This document shows, piece after piece, positions 1 to 12,664 of a DNA stretch of 64,000 nt. How positions within the stretch are numbered: position 1 is the stretch's first letter; every line of letters starts with the position of its first letter. Position numbers and translations under genes: made by a program. Source of the DNA: Tubiluchus corallicola (taxonomy: Eukaryota; Animalia; Priapulida); the NCBI GenBank assembly GCA_030141605.1, contig JAQGDQ010000078.1:642835-706834 (forward strand), in the 5' to 3' direction. The notes under the pieces are model-generated. The model ran no database searches. It saw only the letters and a list, made by a program, of their open reading frames with translations, and was not told the DNA's origin.

Positions 1-822
1 TGACATTATAGAGAGAGATAAATTATAATATACATTTGTGAGGCTGCAGCATAGTGTTTAATTAATTTAAAAAGTCGACTTTCAGCTTACTCTCATACAA
101 AAGTGAATTTTTAAGCTCTGCCCTAGTACTATGATCTCCTTCATTTCTGAGCACTGCATATAAGACTTATAAAGAAGCAAAGATTGTATAACAATGTTGA
201 TAAAAAAGAATCTATGTTTTTGCACCAAAATTAACGTTTTAAACATGGCAATAATTCGTTGAGTAAAAGTTTATAGCATTTAATTTTTGCTTTAATATCT
301 ATATTTTATAGTTTATAGTCTTATATTTTAGAGTGTTTGCTGGTGAACCTGATACATTTTCAAATTGCCAGAGATCTACTCCTGCTACAGAATATCATAA
401 TTACTAATTACAACTATACAGTTGTTAATTCACTAAAAAAGTCAAAGCATTTTGCTCTTCACATGTAAAAACTGACAGCCATCAAACGGTATTTTTAGAA
501 GTATATTGTAAAATAACATAAATTATAACTTATAACAATTTTTATAATAAAAAGTGGATAGATACAATTTCCCACTTTGAAAGTGTGTTGGAAAATTAAA
601 TACATTTAAACCTCTTTATGCCATTACTTTGTGACTGCAAAAACGTTGCCTTTGTAGTGAGTTTAGCATTATAACGAGCTGCATACATGCAAGTGTAGAT
701 ATTTTGTTTTGCTAAAAATTTGATGATGGCATTTTAAAAGGAGGGCATTATAACGAGGTTTGACTGTAGGTTTGATTGTACTAATTTTGTTGTGCAAAAT
801 TGCCTACATTTTATTTTTGCAG

Positions 823-1032
823 AGCATGAGTCAAGATACCCACCTGCAGGACAACCAAGCTCGCAAGGTTATCCAAGTACTGCTAGCAGTGGACAGTACC
901 CTGGTGGACACCCAAAATTTACGGCAAATCAGCCACCATTTCCTTATACCGGTCATTATGGTCAGCAAGGAAAGCTTCCGGAACATGTTTCTGGACAGCA
1001 AGGTTATCCTGTTCCGCACATGCAGCAGCAAG
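823..1032 (+). CDS. Gene 1 (unidentified, P/Q/G/Y/S-rich low-complexity C-terminus), internal exon
   Basis: Acceptor ttatttttgcag and donor G|gtacta; phase 1 to 1; reads HESRYPPAGQPSSQGYPSTASSGQYPGG...PHMQQQ; joins the next exon in frame. Confidence 0.8.
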
Positions 1033-3760
1033 GTACTAAAAGCTGAGAAGTGATTCATGTTTTTGATAAAGGCTATACTAACTGTTGCATAATGTATATG
1101 CAATTTGGTATGTCCAGGGCTGGTTTATTTCCTAAATTAAGCTTCGTGCTATAAAAGAGCCCAACAGTTCGCATTTACTAGATGAACGAGACAGTTACTT
1201 TCTTTCAGTTATAAATAATCAAAGCAACACACCAGATTTGAGTCTGGCAATGTAACACATACACTAGTGAAGTTGTATGATAAAATTACTAATTTATAGT
1301 GATGACTTAGAAGCATGCAAGGCAATTGTGATGTTAATAACCATTATGCATAATTCTTAGGCTTTCAGAGAGATGTTCATAAATCTGAGAGCAAAAACAA
1401 ACTTATTCTCTGTTATTAAGAGAAGCCTTCCAAACTGTCAGTATGAAAATATTTGCAGCCCTTCCCATATCACCTAATTGCAAGAATATTGATGGACTTT
1501 CTGCACTTCCGAATTAAACTGTGCATTTTCTGGAACTTGCCCTAGACAATTTAGAAGGGATTTGAAATTGTTGGTAAAAATGTTTAGTTGTAATAAGTTA
1601 GTCTAGAGAATAATATAAGTTCTTACAAAAGTTAACTTTGTATATTGGCTTGGGGAATTGAACCTTCCTGTGCTTGTTGTTGTGGTTACAAGGAAATGTG
1701 TTCAATTAAATATTGAGGCACCACATGCATAGGTGTGCTAATCAGAACGAATTAATTTTCCGTGTCGAGCCTGTGTTGTGGGGAACATGGCCCAGTGGAA
1801 CGAAACATCACCGATACTTTGCTTGAAGGTGGGCGGACTACGGCACAAACCCTCACATCAGATCTCATTCGGATAAACCAGTATAAGAGCAGAAGACAAC
1901 TAAAACAGATAACTGCAACATGTGCCTAATCAGAAAATGTCAGACCAGCAGATATTGTTTATCAATATTTATGACACAACAAAATTATTTCATGATGTTA
2001 TATCTTGAAGTTTTCTATGCCTACAGCTACTAATATGAAAACTAGTAATTATGTAACATGACTGCAACTAAATAGTCCGGCACAAAAGCAATTACAGCCT
2101 ATGAAGGACATCTGCTTCCTCATGTTCAGCACAAAAGATGCATATTAGAGAGCTACAAGAAGAGATACAGAGGAGAAAAAAGCAAAAACGCACAATAACT
2201 TATGCAGAACAAGCAGCATATCTACCACCAGAGAGCATCTACTATGAGAGAGAAAGGGTGACCGATTCACTAACTTTTACGGTTTTTTCGCCACCACTTC
2301 TCTAAAATACTAATAACTTATTTTGTTTATGTATTTGATGTTAATTTGTGTAATTAGAAGAGATAAATAAAGAAAAATGAATGTGTAGGCAATTGGAACT
2401 GTAATTCTTTCATTGCTTAACTCTTTTGATTGTCTTTCATTAGAAATAACATGTTTTTTATGTTTTGAAGCATGTATAAGACTGCATAAATTTTCATAAA
2501 CTTAATGTAGTTTGCATAAATAACATAGACATTATAAGTTTATTTAAGTTATATAAGATGAAATATGTTGCGGCTGCACATTTGTTATTATGATACAGTA
2601 GGTGCCATTTATTAGACTCACGGTTAATAGAATCGGTCGCCTAATTTACTCAAAAATGACTGGTATGAGCCATTCCTGTTCAAATCCATATAAAAACTGA
2701 AGGCAATTGACTCAAATAATTCCACATAATTGGCTCTTCATTTTTTATCTTCAGGTACTTAAAATAAGACACCTTGGTTGATTTTTGTTGACGAAAGAGC
2801 ACTTAGTAACATTTTATGTCATCTTCACTTCTCTTTAGTGCACTATAATGTATGTATAAACAATCACGTTAAGTAAGGTTTTGTAAGCAGGTATATTTAT
2901 CATGCGTTAAATATACAGCTTTAAATATGTCACCTACTCACCCGCTGCAATTAACCTCGTTGTTTCTGGTAGCTAAATTGAATCAATTGCCCTGTAGTTT
3001 GCTTTCGAAATTCCTTCTGCTTCTCACAGGCAAAACATGGTCATCACGAACTGCAGCTTAAGCATGTCTTGCAGTAGGTGTTTTGAGCTGCAGCATACAG
3101 CAATAGGTTTTCAATGCTTTTATCAGTTAATGAACTTTATATATCAAGTTCTTCTTGAAGAAACGAAGCAACCGACCTTGCATGTTTTTGCAATATTTAG
3201 TGCAAATAAACTGATTTTTGGGATTTTTTTCTTTTCTTTTATTAATTCACTTATATAAATTAGTATTCTTACATTATTGTACATATTCTTAAATGACTGG
3301 ACATAAGAGTTTTGACATAATTCATTTCTAAAATTCATATAAAGCCTTAGCAATGCATACCAGTCCGATGAGTCATGACTCATACTCTTGTATCGTGTAG
3401 TAGTAATATGCTACACACGTCAACTAATAGATGCAGGTGGTTAATTGGATTAAAACACTTTCATCCCAAAGTGAGTCTATTAAGCGGCTTCTGTCTTGCT
3501 GACTTTACTGACTTTAATTTCATACACTTTATAACCTATTGAGAGGGACAAATAAATTTTTTTGAATTGAATTGAATTCTACTGTATTACACTTTTCATA
3601 CTTATTCCCTATTTCAGTTATGTCAAAAAGTGACAAATAATTAGCAATAACCATCAACCCACTATACAATAGAAAACCATTTAGCTTATCTTCTAATGTA
3701 CATCTGTATTTTCTCTGTCATCATGCCTAAATGCCTGAGAATTTTCATTTTGTTTTTCAG

Positions 3761-3909
3761 CAGGTTACGTACCATCCATGGTTGATCCGCACAAACCCGG
3801 ATTCAGTGCGGAACAAGATAAGTTCTACATGCAGCAGCATGCAGTGCGACCAACCCAAGGTTCCATGTTGCCTCACCAGACCATGCTTCATATGCAGCAA
3901 GCAGGCAAG
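3761..3909 (+). CDS. Gene 1 internal exon
   Basis: Acceptor tttttcag (tandem CAGCAG) and donor AAG|gtgaac; phase 1 to 0; AGYVPSMVDPHKPGFSAEQDKFYMQQHAVRPTQGSMLPHQTMLHMQQAGK. Confidence 0.8.
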
Positions 3910-4709
3910 GTGAACAGTTACTTACCTGGCATCTGCTAGTATTATTTTTATTTTTTTATTTACTTATTAAATACATCCATAACAACCATTGCAGCATAGC
4001 ACTTCAAGAGACTTTATGAATTGGTAATAACATATTTAGTATAGACTCAAAGTGCCAAGTTGCAAATGGCCTATCTGGTGCTCAAGAAGTAATTACTTGT
4101 TGTGAGCACCCCAAATGAATGCAGATTGAAAAAAAAAGAAAAAGGAAGAGTAAAGAAGCAGAAAAGAAAAGTTGAAGGCGAATAGAAAGAAAGATGTGAT
4201 GGTAACTGTATGAAGTGACGTGCAGCAGTGTGATAGGTCCCAAGAGGGGCAGCCGAATTATTGATGCATTCTATATACTTAGAAAGATTTCTTTTTAAAA
4301 TTTCTTTTGAAGTTATTTATAAATGTAGAGTTTTTTATGTATTCATTGATATTATTCCAAAGTCTATGGCCAGTGTGTGTCAGTGCCTTGCCACATCAAT
4401 AATATCATCCACACCTTCACTTTAATAACGGAATGTAAATTTCAAGGAGGGTAACTAACAAAGTTTACTTTTAGAAGAACAGTGTCATACCAGTTGTTGC
4501 CTTTTGACGGTCCTGTGTTATACGTTTACTATACGTATTGAGTTCTTTTAGCGATATGTAGTTAATATACCCATTTGTTTTATAAATCTTGAAGTCTTAA
4601 ATGTGCATACTCCTTTTTTTAAATTACTACTTTTGATTAACGTGCTAATTACTTTGTTTAAAAACAACAGCAAAATTATTTTAAAATGTTAACAAAGTAT
4701 TTTTTGTAG

Positions 4710-4802
4710 ACTGGGAGCATTGTGCATGGCTATCCAGCAATAGCACGACCACAAGGTCCTTCTACAACAGCATACCAATCTGCTTCATCAGCCAATCAAC
4801 AC
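4710..4802 (+). CDS. Gene 1 penultimate coding exon
   Basis: Acceptor ttttttgtag and donor CAC|gtaagt; 93 nt, phase 0 to 0; TGSIVHGYPAIARPQGPSTTAYQSASSANQH. Confidence 0.8.
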
Positions 4803-5515
4803 GTAAGTTTTTAATTAAGCTAAAATAAATCTCAGTCCAAGGATATAGTAAGTTTCGTTAATGGTCAATGTTGGTAGGCCCTCAAAATTTGGGTCACCGG
4901 TGCCATCCAGGGGGCAAATTCTTCCAAGTATTTTGAGAAGGTACATATCTCAGGTTGTCAAAAATGCCTGGTGGATATTTCTATAGCACAGTTTTGTGAG
5001 GGGTACTGGCCCATATATGGGACCATCCTCAAAAAATCTATGTTTTTGTAAATTTGAGTATGGCATGGTTAGGCCTGCATGATGTTATAGCCATGTAAGT
5101 TTTAAGAGTTTAATTTGTCCAGTCTTATACTGTACACCATTGTGATCATTTGGATAATAGTAAAAAAAATTTGACTGGTCCATCAGGATGCACTGTCCTA
5201 AAAACTGTCCCATCTCAGAGTAGCCTAAACTGGGTTTATTGTTTCTCTGTTTATTTTTCCCGTATCGTGTTTATTTTGCATTCCTTTGGTAAGTTGTTAC
5301 CTACACAGTATACTACTTTCGATGCAGCTGTATAAAACTCCTCCATCAGTAATTGCTAAGAGTTGGGCAGTAGTTGGGCATGGAGCATTTTGTGAAAAAA
5401 TGAACTCACAGTTTTTTTGCCTCTTTTGTTTTTTGTAGATAATGTAGATATTATGTATGTCATTTTGTTAGCAGCATTAACATAAATATTTATGGTTCTT
5501 TTACTCCTGTTTCAG

Positions 5516-5587
5516 CCTTCAGCCTACAATCCGCAAGGATCATCTCGAGCCGCATACCCAACGCAACATGGTCGCAACTACTACTAG
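5516..5587 (+). CDS. Gene 1 terminal coding exon
   Basis: Acceptor ctcctgtttcag; PSAYNPQGSSRAAYPTQHGRNYY then TAG; followed by an AT-rich 3'UTR-like region with AATAAA near 7118 and 7397. Confidence 0.8.
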   Translation, partial: PSAYNPQGSSRAAYPTQHGRNYY

Positions 5588-5953
5588 CATGATAATGACA
5601 GTTCTGTGTGACAGTTTAAAAGTGAAAAGCAGTTACAGTTGTTGTTAAGTATTGGTGTATGTTATCTAGATGGTGAATTATTATTTGTTGTATAAATTTG
5701 GCATGGCTTATTTTTTAAATAATATTAGATTTTAAATAATTATGATCAAGTACTTCGTGCTTGCTGTGTGAGAAGAGGTGGCAGGCATCTACTGTTCTTT
5801 CTAATACAGTTGCTTACCAAATTGTTTGTAGCAGAATTACAGGGAAACTGTCTAAAAAGATACTGTGGTCACAAGAAGATAAATACTAGTGGACAAGAAA
5901 GAACCAGCTTTTTTAATGTTAAAAGGTGTTGTGCACATTCCAGCATTTGCCAT

Positions 5954-6146
5954 GTGATGATGATGGCAAGGTCTATCAATGTTGTGGACACAGTCCAGAA
6001 TCTGTTAAGTGATGATGAAGGCAAGGCTTATCAATGTTGTCGACACAGTCCAGAATCTGTTAAGTGATGATGATGGCAAGGTCTATCAATGTTGTGGACA
6101 CAGTCCAGAATCTGTTAAGTGATGATGAAGGCAAGGCTTATCAATG
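5954..6146 (+). repeat. 55-bp tandem repeat, 3.5 units in A-B-A-B order
   Basis: Units start at 5954, 6009, 6064 and 6119 (gtgatgatga(t/a)ggcaagg(tc/ct)tatcaatgttgt(g/c)gacacagtccagaatctgttaa). Confidence 0.95.
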
Positions 6147-8949
6147 GTAAACTGTTTGTGTTTGCACAGTCTATTATCAGTTTGGTGATGAATTGGAACA
6201 CAGGAGACAGTCCCTTTTTGTAAAGAAAGTGGAATCTGCTTCACTATTTTTATTGGTTATCAACAAGTTATTTTATTCTGCAGTTTGTACACTGTTATTA
6301 ATAGTTTTGGTTTATACAAAAGCAAAAATATTATGTTTATTCTCAGTTTCTGATACTGTGCAAATTCTTTGAATATTCCACCAAAATTTGCACTCATTGA
6401 TAAGTCATAGAACTTCAAATTTAACTTAAGACTTTGCACTTCCCACATGATAAAATTTGGAAGAAAGTGGTTAGTTGGACACCTGGCATAAGGAACCATG
6501 TTATTATATTGTAGCATTTTAGTTGTCAAAACTAATTTTTTAAAAGACTGATTAAACATGTGGGTGATTGCTAAGTGGAAGTTGCCTAGTGTTTGTCTTT
6601 GGATTTGTTAGTAATTAATAATTTCCTTTCAGCATTTGTTAATTTAACTTACCATGTCTATGCTTCATTTTATAGCCTCTGGAAGACTGGAAAAGTGAAA
6701 ATTTACTAAGACTAATGCATACTAGGTGTTACTATAATGCATAAACTGTACTCTAGTTGTTGTGTTTCAGTTAGCTAATATTATTTTTTATATTTACGCA
6801 CACTTATAGCTTTGTAATTGTAATTATTGTCGTCAATGCCCCCATTGTTGTTTGCACAGCATCGGTTTTCATATCAATACAGTGTCTCTGGTTCTCCGTG
6901 CCTTTCTTCCCTTTACTCATTTTTATCAATCCTTCTCTTTCTCTTTTCCGTTTCTTCTCGAGGTGGCCTTTAACTTTTGCATCTGTGTTGCCATTTTCAG
7001 GTCCCCTTAGCCACACAACATTAATATATGTAATTGAAATTAAGCTACAATCTTAAATTGTTACAGAAATGCTCAAATCTGTATTTGTTCGAATCTTTAT
7101 AAGTTGTTTTTAGATAAATAAATCTTGACTCTTGAATCCCAATTTTATTTTTGTCCCAAGATTGCATATTAAACCGAGTTTGTGTGAAAGTGCATTTTGC
7201 CGTTTACTAAAGAAACTAAAATTTTACAGTTTGTGAAAAATGTCTGAAATGACAATGGGTTTTGCAGTGTGAACTCAGAAATGAGGAGTATCTGTTGTGA
7301 TGGCTGTTTCATTATGCACTACAGTTTTTCATTCTCTAAGTCTATATTTTAGCTGATGATTGCTATGCAACCAACATTATCAATTTTATATCTGCGAATA
7401 AATGAATGCGTTATTGAACATACATTAATGATTAAGTACCGACAAAAGCCTCGTGTAGCCATGATCATTGAAAAATTGTACTGCTTATAAGTAACGGTGT
7501 AATAGCAGCACGCATTAGGTTTTTAAAATAAATCATGCAGCAGAGACATTAACCTTTCTCTCTATGCTTTTGTCTAGTATTGATTCAGTTTTTGATTAAT
7601 GTACTTGAGCAGCAAGTTTGGCTGTTCAGAGTTGAAAAACTAGTGGAACAAATATTTGTTCATGGTCATACACTTTCATTTTCAGTATTGCTGAATATTC
7701 AAGCCGATACACAGCGGCTTCATTGTAGAATAATATAGCCAAGTGATTTTCAAAAATCTGCTTTTGGCTGGATCTTTTTATTCCCTTGTAGGTTGAAAGG
7801 TCTTGGTTGTCGAAATTAAAAATCAAATAATATGCATTGTGGTGGTGAGATTGGGGTCAGCTGTTCAATGACTAGCTTTTTCACAGGAAGGGCATTAGAT
7901 TATTCAAACTTTTTTATTCTCTGTCTGTTCACTGTTCTTCAGACGGGAAAATGAACATAACATTCATTAAATTTTTTTATTTAATATTTATTTACAGCTT
8001 TTTGCACGTGAATACAAAAATCAATGTATGTTATCACAAAGTATAAACTTGCCACGGTCCATGGTGAGCTCTAGTCCAGCAGCAAAAATCGTCAACTTGA
8101 ATACAAGCTTAATTAAACGACTAGACTAAAGACGATAATGTTCCTCGTTTCTAAACGAAGACGAAGTGGTCATCAATGAGGCATCCATACTTCCCAGATA
8201 TGATGCATGTAATGTGCTCTTGAGACGAAATTCTCAGCATTATAAATGTTAACCGAATAAAGCTGAACTGAACTGAGAAACTCAATACCGCATGCAACAA
8301 TAACGAAGCAAAAAATTCAAACAAAAGTAGAAATGTGTGAATTCAAATTCAGCAAAGAATTCAAATTCAAACATTTATTTCAAAACAAAACACAATCCAT
8401 GAAAAAAACGAAATATTGCACATCCAGGAAGATAATAAATCAACCAACAAATATATAATAAAAGTTTATTTATGCGAGGAAAAGGAAAGAGCGGGTGCTT
8501 TCCAGAAATTCCTCAGTAATTGTGGATAGGTTCCAAGACAACTCTTGGATTGATTTATTTTGATTGAACAAAGAAAGCAGGGCGAGTTAAAGGGCACTTG
8601 GATTCTGTGAAATGATGGGTTAAGTAAAATACTCATTAAAATCAATATGGTAATATAATCATTCATAACACAGATAAGCTCTTATTAAAAATAATATTAA
8701 GATTGAACAGAAGTGCAATTATGCTGCGACAAATAATTTAATAATGTATTGAATATTTTTAACAAATTTTACGTGGTGATCAAATGCATTCTACAAGTAA
8801 AAGATCATCAACATTACTAAAAAATTAATTAATAAGATATAAAACATACGCATGAAACCATGAAACATACACAATCGTAGAAAATGCAAGACTATTTCAA
8901 CTACACAATAATTTAATAGTATAAAATAAAATAATAGTAAGCTTTCAAA

Positions 8950-9350
8950 CTTTTTTAAAAATTATCAAGTGACTTGATCAGCCGTAATGCCACAGTTTGC
9001 GGGTAGCAGAACTGAAAGATGATCACCGCGTGACAAGCCTGGGACGTGGTCTTCAAGATTACTTCTATTTCAGCTAGATCTTAATGCTCTGCGAGGGACA
9101 TATAGTTTAAGAAGGTCTGATATGTATGTAGGAGCCAGACCATTGATTGTTTTGTAAGTTATAAAATTTAATTCTGTTATCAAATAACGATCAGTGCAAT
9201 TCTCTGAGTATTGGAATGATATGGTCAAATATTCGACAGCCAGTGACCTGAATTGTGTATGTGTTGAAGCTTTTGAATTTGATAGACAGGAAGGCCATAT
9301 AATAAATTATCGCAGAAATCCAATCGGGAACTAAAAAAGCACGCTCTAGG
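8950..9350 (-). mobile_element. Decayed L2/CR1-group LINE, 3' part of ORF2
   Basis: Minus-strand translation fragments SRLDFCDNLLYGLP, DHIIPILRELH, TYKTINGLAPTYISDLLKLYVPRRALRSS, SFSSATRKLW are typical of L2 ORF2 C-termini; stops and frameshifts present. Confidence 0.8.
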
Positions 9351-9899
9351 ATTTCACAAGTATCTTCGAGAGAAATATGCTAATATTTTATGTAATACTG
9401 AGATTCCTAACACTACTATATGGATTATTGCCAAACACAATAGAGAATTGACGCCGAGCACCAAAAATAATCATATAAGTTTTGCCAGGACCCTCTTTGG
9501 GGCCCCGAGGCAGACAAAGATTTTTCTCAAAATTGAGGATTCGAAGTCCAGTAAATCTGCATGTAGACTCTAATAAATGTTTTATTTCCATGATCAGATA
9601 TAACATAATGTAAGCAGCAACATAAATCAGTATTTATGGTTACATTCACCAATCACCTTTTAGGTTTTTTTCATAGTGAAATGCTTTTTAAACGTTCGTA
9701 ATAATTTCCTTCAAAAGAGAATACTTTTCTTAAAAAACCAAAAAATAAATTTAACTCTTAACTAGAGTACTAATTAAAATGTGCTTTTCCGGTTTTTTGT
9801 TTGAAAATCTTCTAATAACACTATCAAAATTTCATTCTCAATGGGTGGATACAATACAAAGTACTTGCTGGACTCCCCCTGCCATAATTTCAGTAAGGT

Positions 9900-10144
9900 A
9901 TACCTTATAAGACGACAGATAATGTCACGTATCGAGGTGCATCAAGCATACATCGCTGATGTTAATGTACGTGTGAGCTTCAACGCGCTTGCGTCTAGGC
10001 TTCACTACGTACTGCCACACCGCTTCAACGCGAAGGCTTCCTTCTCTCTGCACGCTTTCTCTGTCACCGCGCGAAAGCAGTGTTGTTGTTCTTGTCAACT
10101 GTAGCTAGTATTTTTGTTTAATTGGCTGTAGTGTATCAGTAGTC
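9900..10144 (+). promoter_or_regulatory. Putative promoter/5'UTR of the calbindin gene
   Basis: Locally CpG- and GC-enriched stretch directly upstream of ATG 10145, with the direct repeat gcttcaacgcg twice. Inferred from position and composition only. Confidence 0.4.
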
Positions 10145-10268
10145 ATGGCTAGCAAGGAATCGCTTCGTGGAAACTTCCTGCAACGCTTCAGGGATAAAAA
10201 CAGCCAAGAGTTGAAAAACTTAACTGCCCAGCAGTTTTATGATGTTTGGACGCATTATGACAGAGATG
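10145..10268 (+). CDS. Cbp53E: Calbindin-32/calretinin-like hexa-EF-hand protein, exon 1 of 11
   Basis: ATG at 10145; MASKESLRGNFLQRFRDKNSQELKNLTAQQFYDVWTHYDRD(G); donor G|gtaagt. LTAxQFxxVWxHYDxDG is the calbindin-family EF1 entry. Confidence 0.93.
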
Positions 10269-10739
10269 GTAAGTGGACAAAGAGTTGAATTATCCACCAG
10301 CGAACTAATGCATTTAAAAAACATAATGCCAGCATTACTTAGACCATTTTTTCATTTTTTCCATTTTTATTTTGTGTACGTTATTACCCAAAGGTCTTCA
10401 TACATTATACATACATCAGGCGCGAAAATTTCTAGAAAAATTTATTACACGCAAATTTTTCGCGAACGTTTCTCGTGGGAGTTCGAGAATTTGATTTTTT
10501 TGCATTACGCATTACTACGCTTAAAATTCCTGCTAACGTTACATTTAAAACTAGTTGTAGCGGTGACTTATAACATGCATAATTGTTTTTCTCATTACAC
10601 CAAACAGTACCCTCACAGTGCTGCATAAATAGTAGTTTGGTGATAATATAAATTTAATAGGTGACTTTAATGATTACTTCGGCCGGCTATAGAAAAAGCA
10701 GGCCTAAACGGTGAAAAACATTCTGCCTCGCTTGGTTAA

Positions 10740-10978
10740 AAAAGGAAAAACGTACCCTACCTTAAACTATAGCTCAAAACAATCTACCGTATAAAATACT
10801 GAAAGGGATACTATTTTTTCAAGAACGACTTACGTGTAAGAATTATTACCACAAAAAAAAACAATTTCGCGTTCGCGCGGCATGTACATGCATTTTGCCA
10901 TTCGCTGGTTAGACGGGCACTAGCGCCTATAGCTCGGAAACGCGTTGTACAAAAACAGGTGCTGCACCTCTCAGTTCA
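10740..10978. mobile_element. Dispersed repeat (non-autonomous DNA transposon-like); reverse-complement copy at 45820-46050
   Basis: aaactatagctcaaaacaatc...ggaaacgcgtt...aaaaacaggtgctgcacctct matches the reverse complement of 45820-46050. Confidence 0.75.
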
Positions 10979-12263
10979 GATGTGTTCAGTTGTGACGTAG
11001 TGCACACGTTAGAGAACTCATGCGTGAACGCAGCGATGAACTTCAAATTTGAAATTTAAACTAAGAATTTACCGAGGTTTTGTATATCACACTGAATGTT
11101 GTTCAGTAGTATTGTACTTGAATTGTCTCTCTCGCAAACACGTGCAACACGCTCACGGAATGTTTGTGCTGTTGAAAAGTCTGTTCATTTGCGATTAATC
11201 ACTAGCTGGGCTCGCCCGCTGTTAACTAAATTTTTGACCTACAGTATAATTATCTAAAACGCTTTAGCATTATTATAAGTATTAAAATGTGTACTTTTTA
11301 CTGCACATTAAAATGTGGTATAATATGAAAAATCATCTTGTTTTCTTCTTAACTCAGCCAGTACGGAATTATGTGTTTAGAAGCGTTCAGAACTAAACCT
11401 GAGTGTTTAACAGTTTAAAAATAATTGTGCCTATACCAGCATTGAAATGTAACTTGCGCTACAAATTTACAGCAGTGTATTTGTGAAAATTTGTGTCAAT
11501 ATTTCAGTGTGTGTATTACGCACAACTAACAATTTCAAATATTTTCGAAATCGGGAATTTGAGAAATCCATTTTGACGTCTTACACCAAGTAGCGGCTAA
11601 CATCAATACGTTCATTAAAAGTAGCACTAGTACAAAGCACTTCAGCCAGTACACTGTTAGGACGCAGCTTATACGCATGAATATTTTTTATTGAATAGTT
11701 CACCTCGTATAAGAACATATTGTAACAAGTGATTGAATTCCCTTTCCAGTAGAGATTTTTGGCGCTCCAGTTTTTTTAATTCACAAGTTTTCTCTCTGTT
11801 ATACAATTTTAAATTACCCTAAGATTTCTCATAATTAAATGTTTTACTAATATATTGTAAGTTTATTTATGAACGATAATTTATATATGTCTTATTTAAA
11901 TTTGAGATATTGTAAATTTGCTTGTTTCAAATGTTCAGTTTATACAATTGTAAAATAGCCATGGAGAATTGTAATTTTTGATGCAAATTAAGAGCCTTCA
12001 AATTACTTACGTACTTACTGTACTTTAAAAAACTTAATGAATAAATACTGGTGACAACTTAGTACACACTCCATGTTTTCTTTCCAGAAAATGACGAGTA
12101 GAACTACCTCGATATTGTCTTTGAGGTACCCCATTTATCATTCCCAAGTCTTCTCACGCCCCATAGAACCTATCGAAAAAGAATTCCTTGTTTTTTTGGT
12201 AGTTTATTTTAAATTTGAATTGTTATTGGTTTACTAAGTTGTACTTAATAAATATCGGGGCTA

Positions 12264-12664
12264 CAGTGTTCCCTCGCTACTTCGCGGTTCGTTTATCGCG
12301 GACTCGCTGTTTCGCGGGTTTTTGCGGTACTCCGTCTAAAGTAGTTTTGCACATGTGTAGTACCTACGTATTGTACAGTAATGTATAGATTTGCAGTAAA
12401 CACTGGATAAAAACAGTAGATTTGCTGTATTTATTCGGCGGATGAATACACACCAAAAACGAAATGTAGTACTTGCGCCCCATTGAGATGCTACTTGCCG
12501 ACGTGAGATTGTACACAACACACGACTGGTTGATTGATGGAGACTTATAAAGACTTAAAATAATTTAGAACTACTGAAATAAGTATAGCGTCCCTACTTC
12601 GCGGAAATTCACTTATCGCGGGTGGGCCTGGAACGGAACACCCGCGATAAGTGAGGGAACACTG
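12264..12664. mobile_element. Tc1/mariner (pogo/Tigger-like) MITE, 401 bp
   Basis: TIRs CAGTGTTCCCTC / GAGGGAACACTG, flanked by TA on both sides (12262-63 and 12665-66). Confidence 0.9.

Noticed and set aside
332-421. Possible further upstream exon of gene 1
   Set aside because: Acceptor-like site exists but there is no convincing in-phase donor and the composition is unlike the other exons.
1715-2260. Possible decayed RTE-like retroelement
   Set aside because: Only vague similarity; too degraded to support without a search.
5954-6146. CRISPR-like array, or C/D snoRNA (GTGATGA box C)
   Set aside because: No unique spacers, eukaryotic context, no cas genes, and no CTGA box D partner within the units.
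10239-10628. 129-aa ORF
   Set aside because: Starts out of frame in calbindin exon 1 and runs into intron 1; no recognisable protein features.
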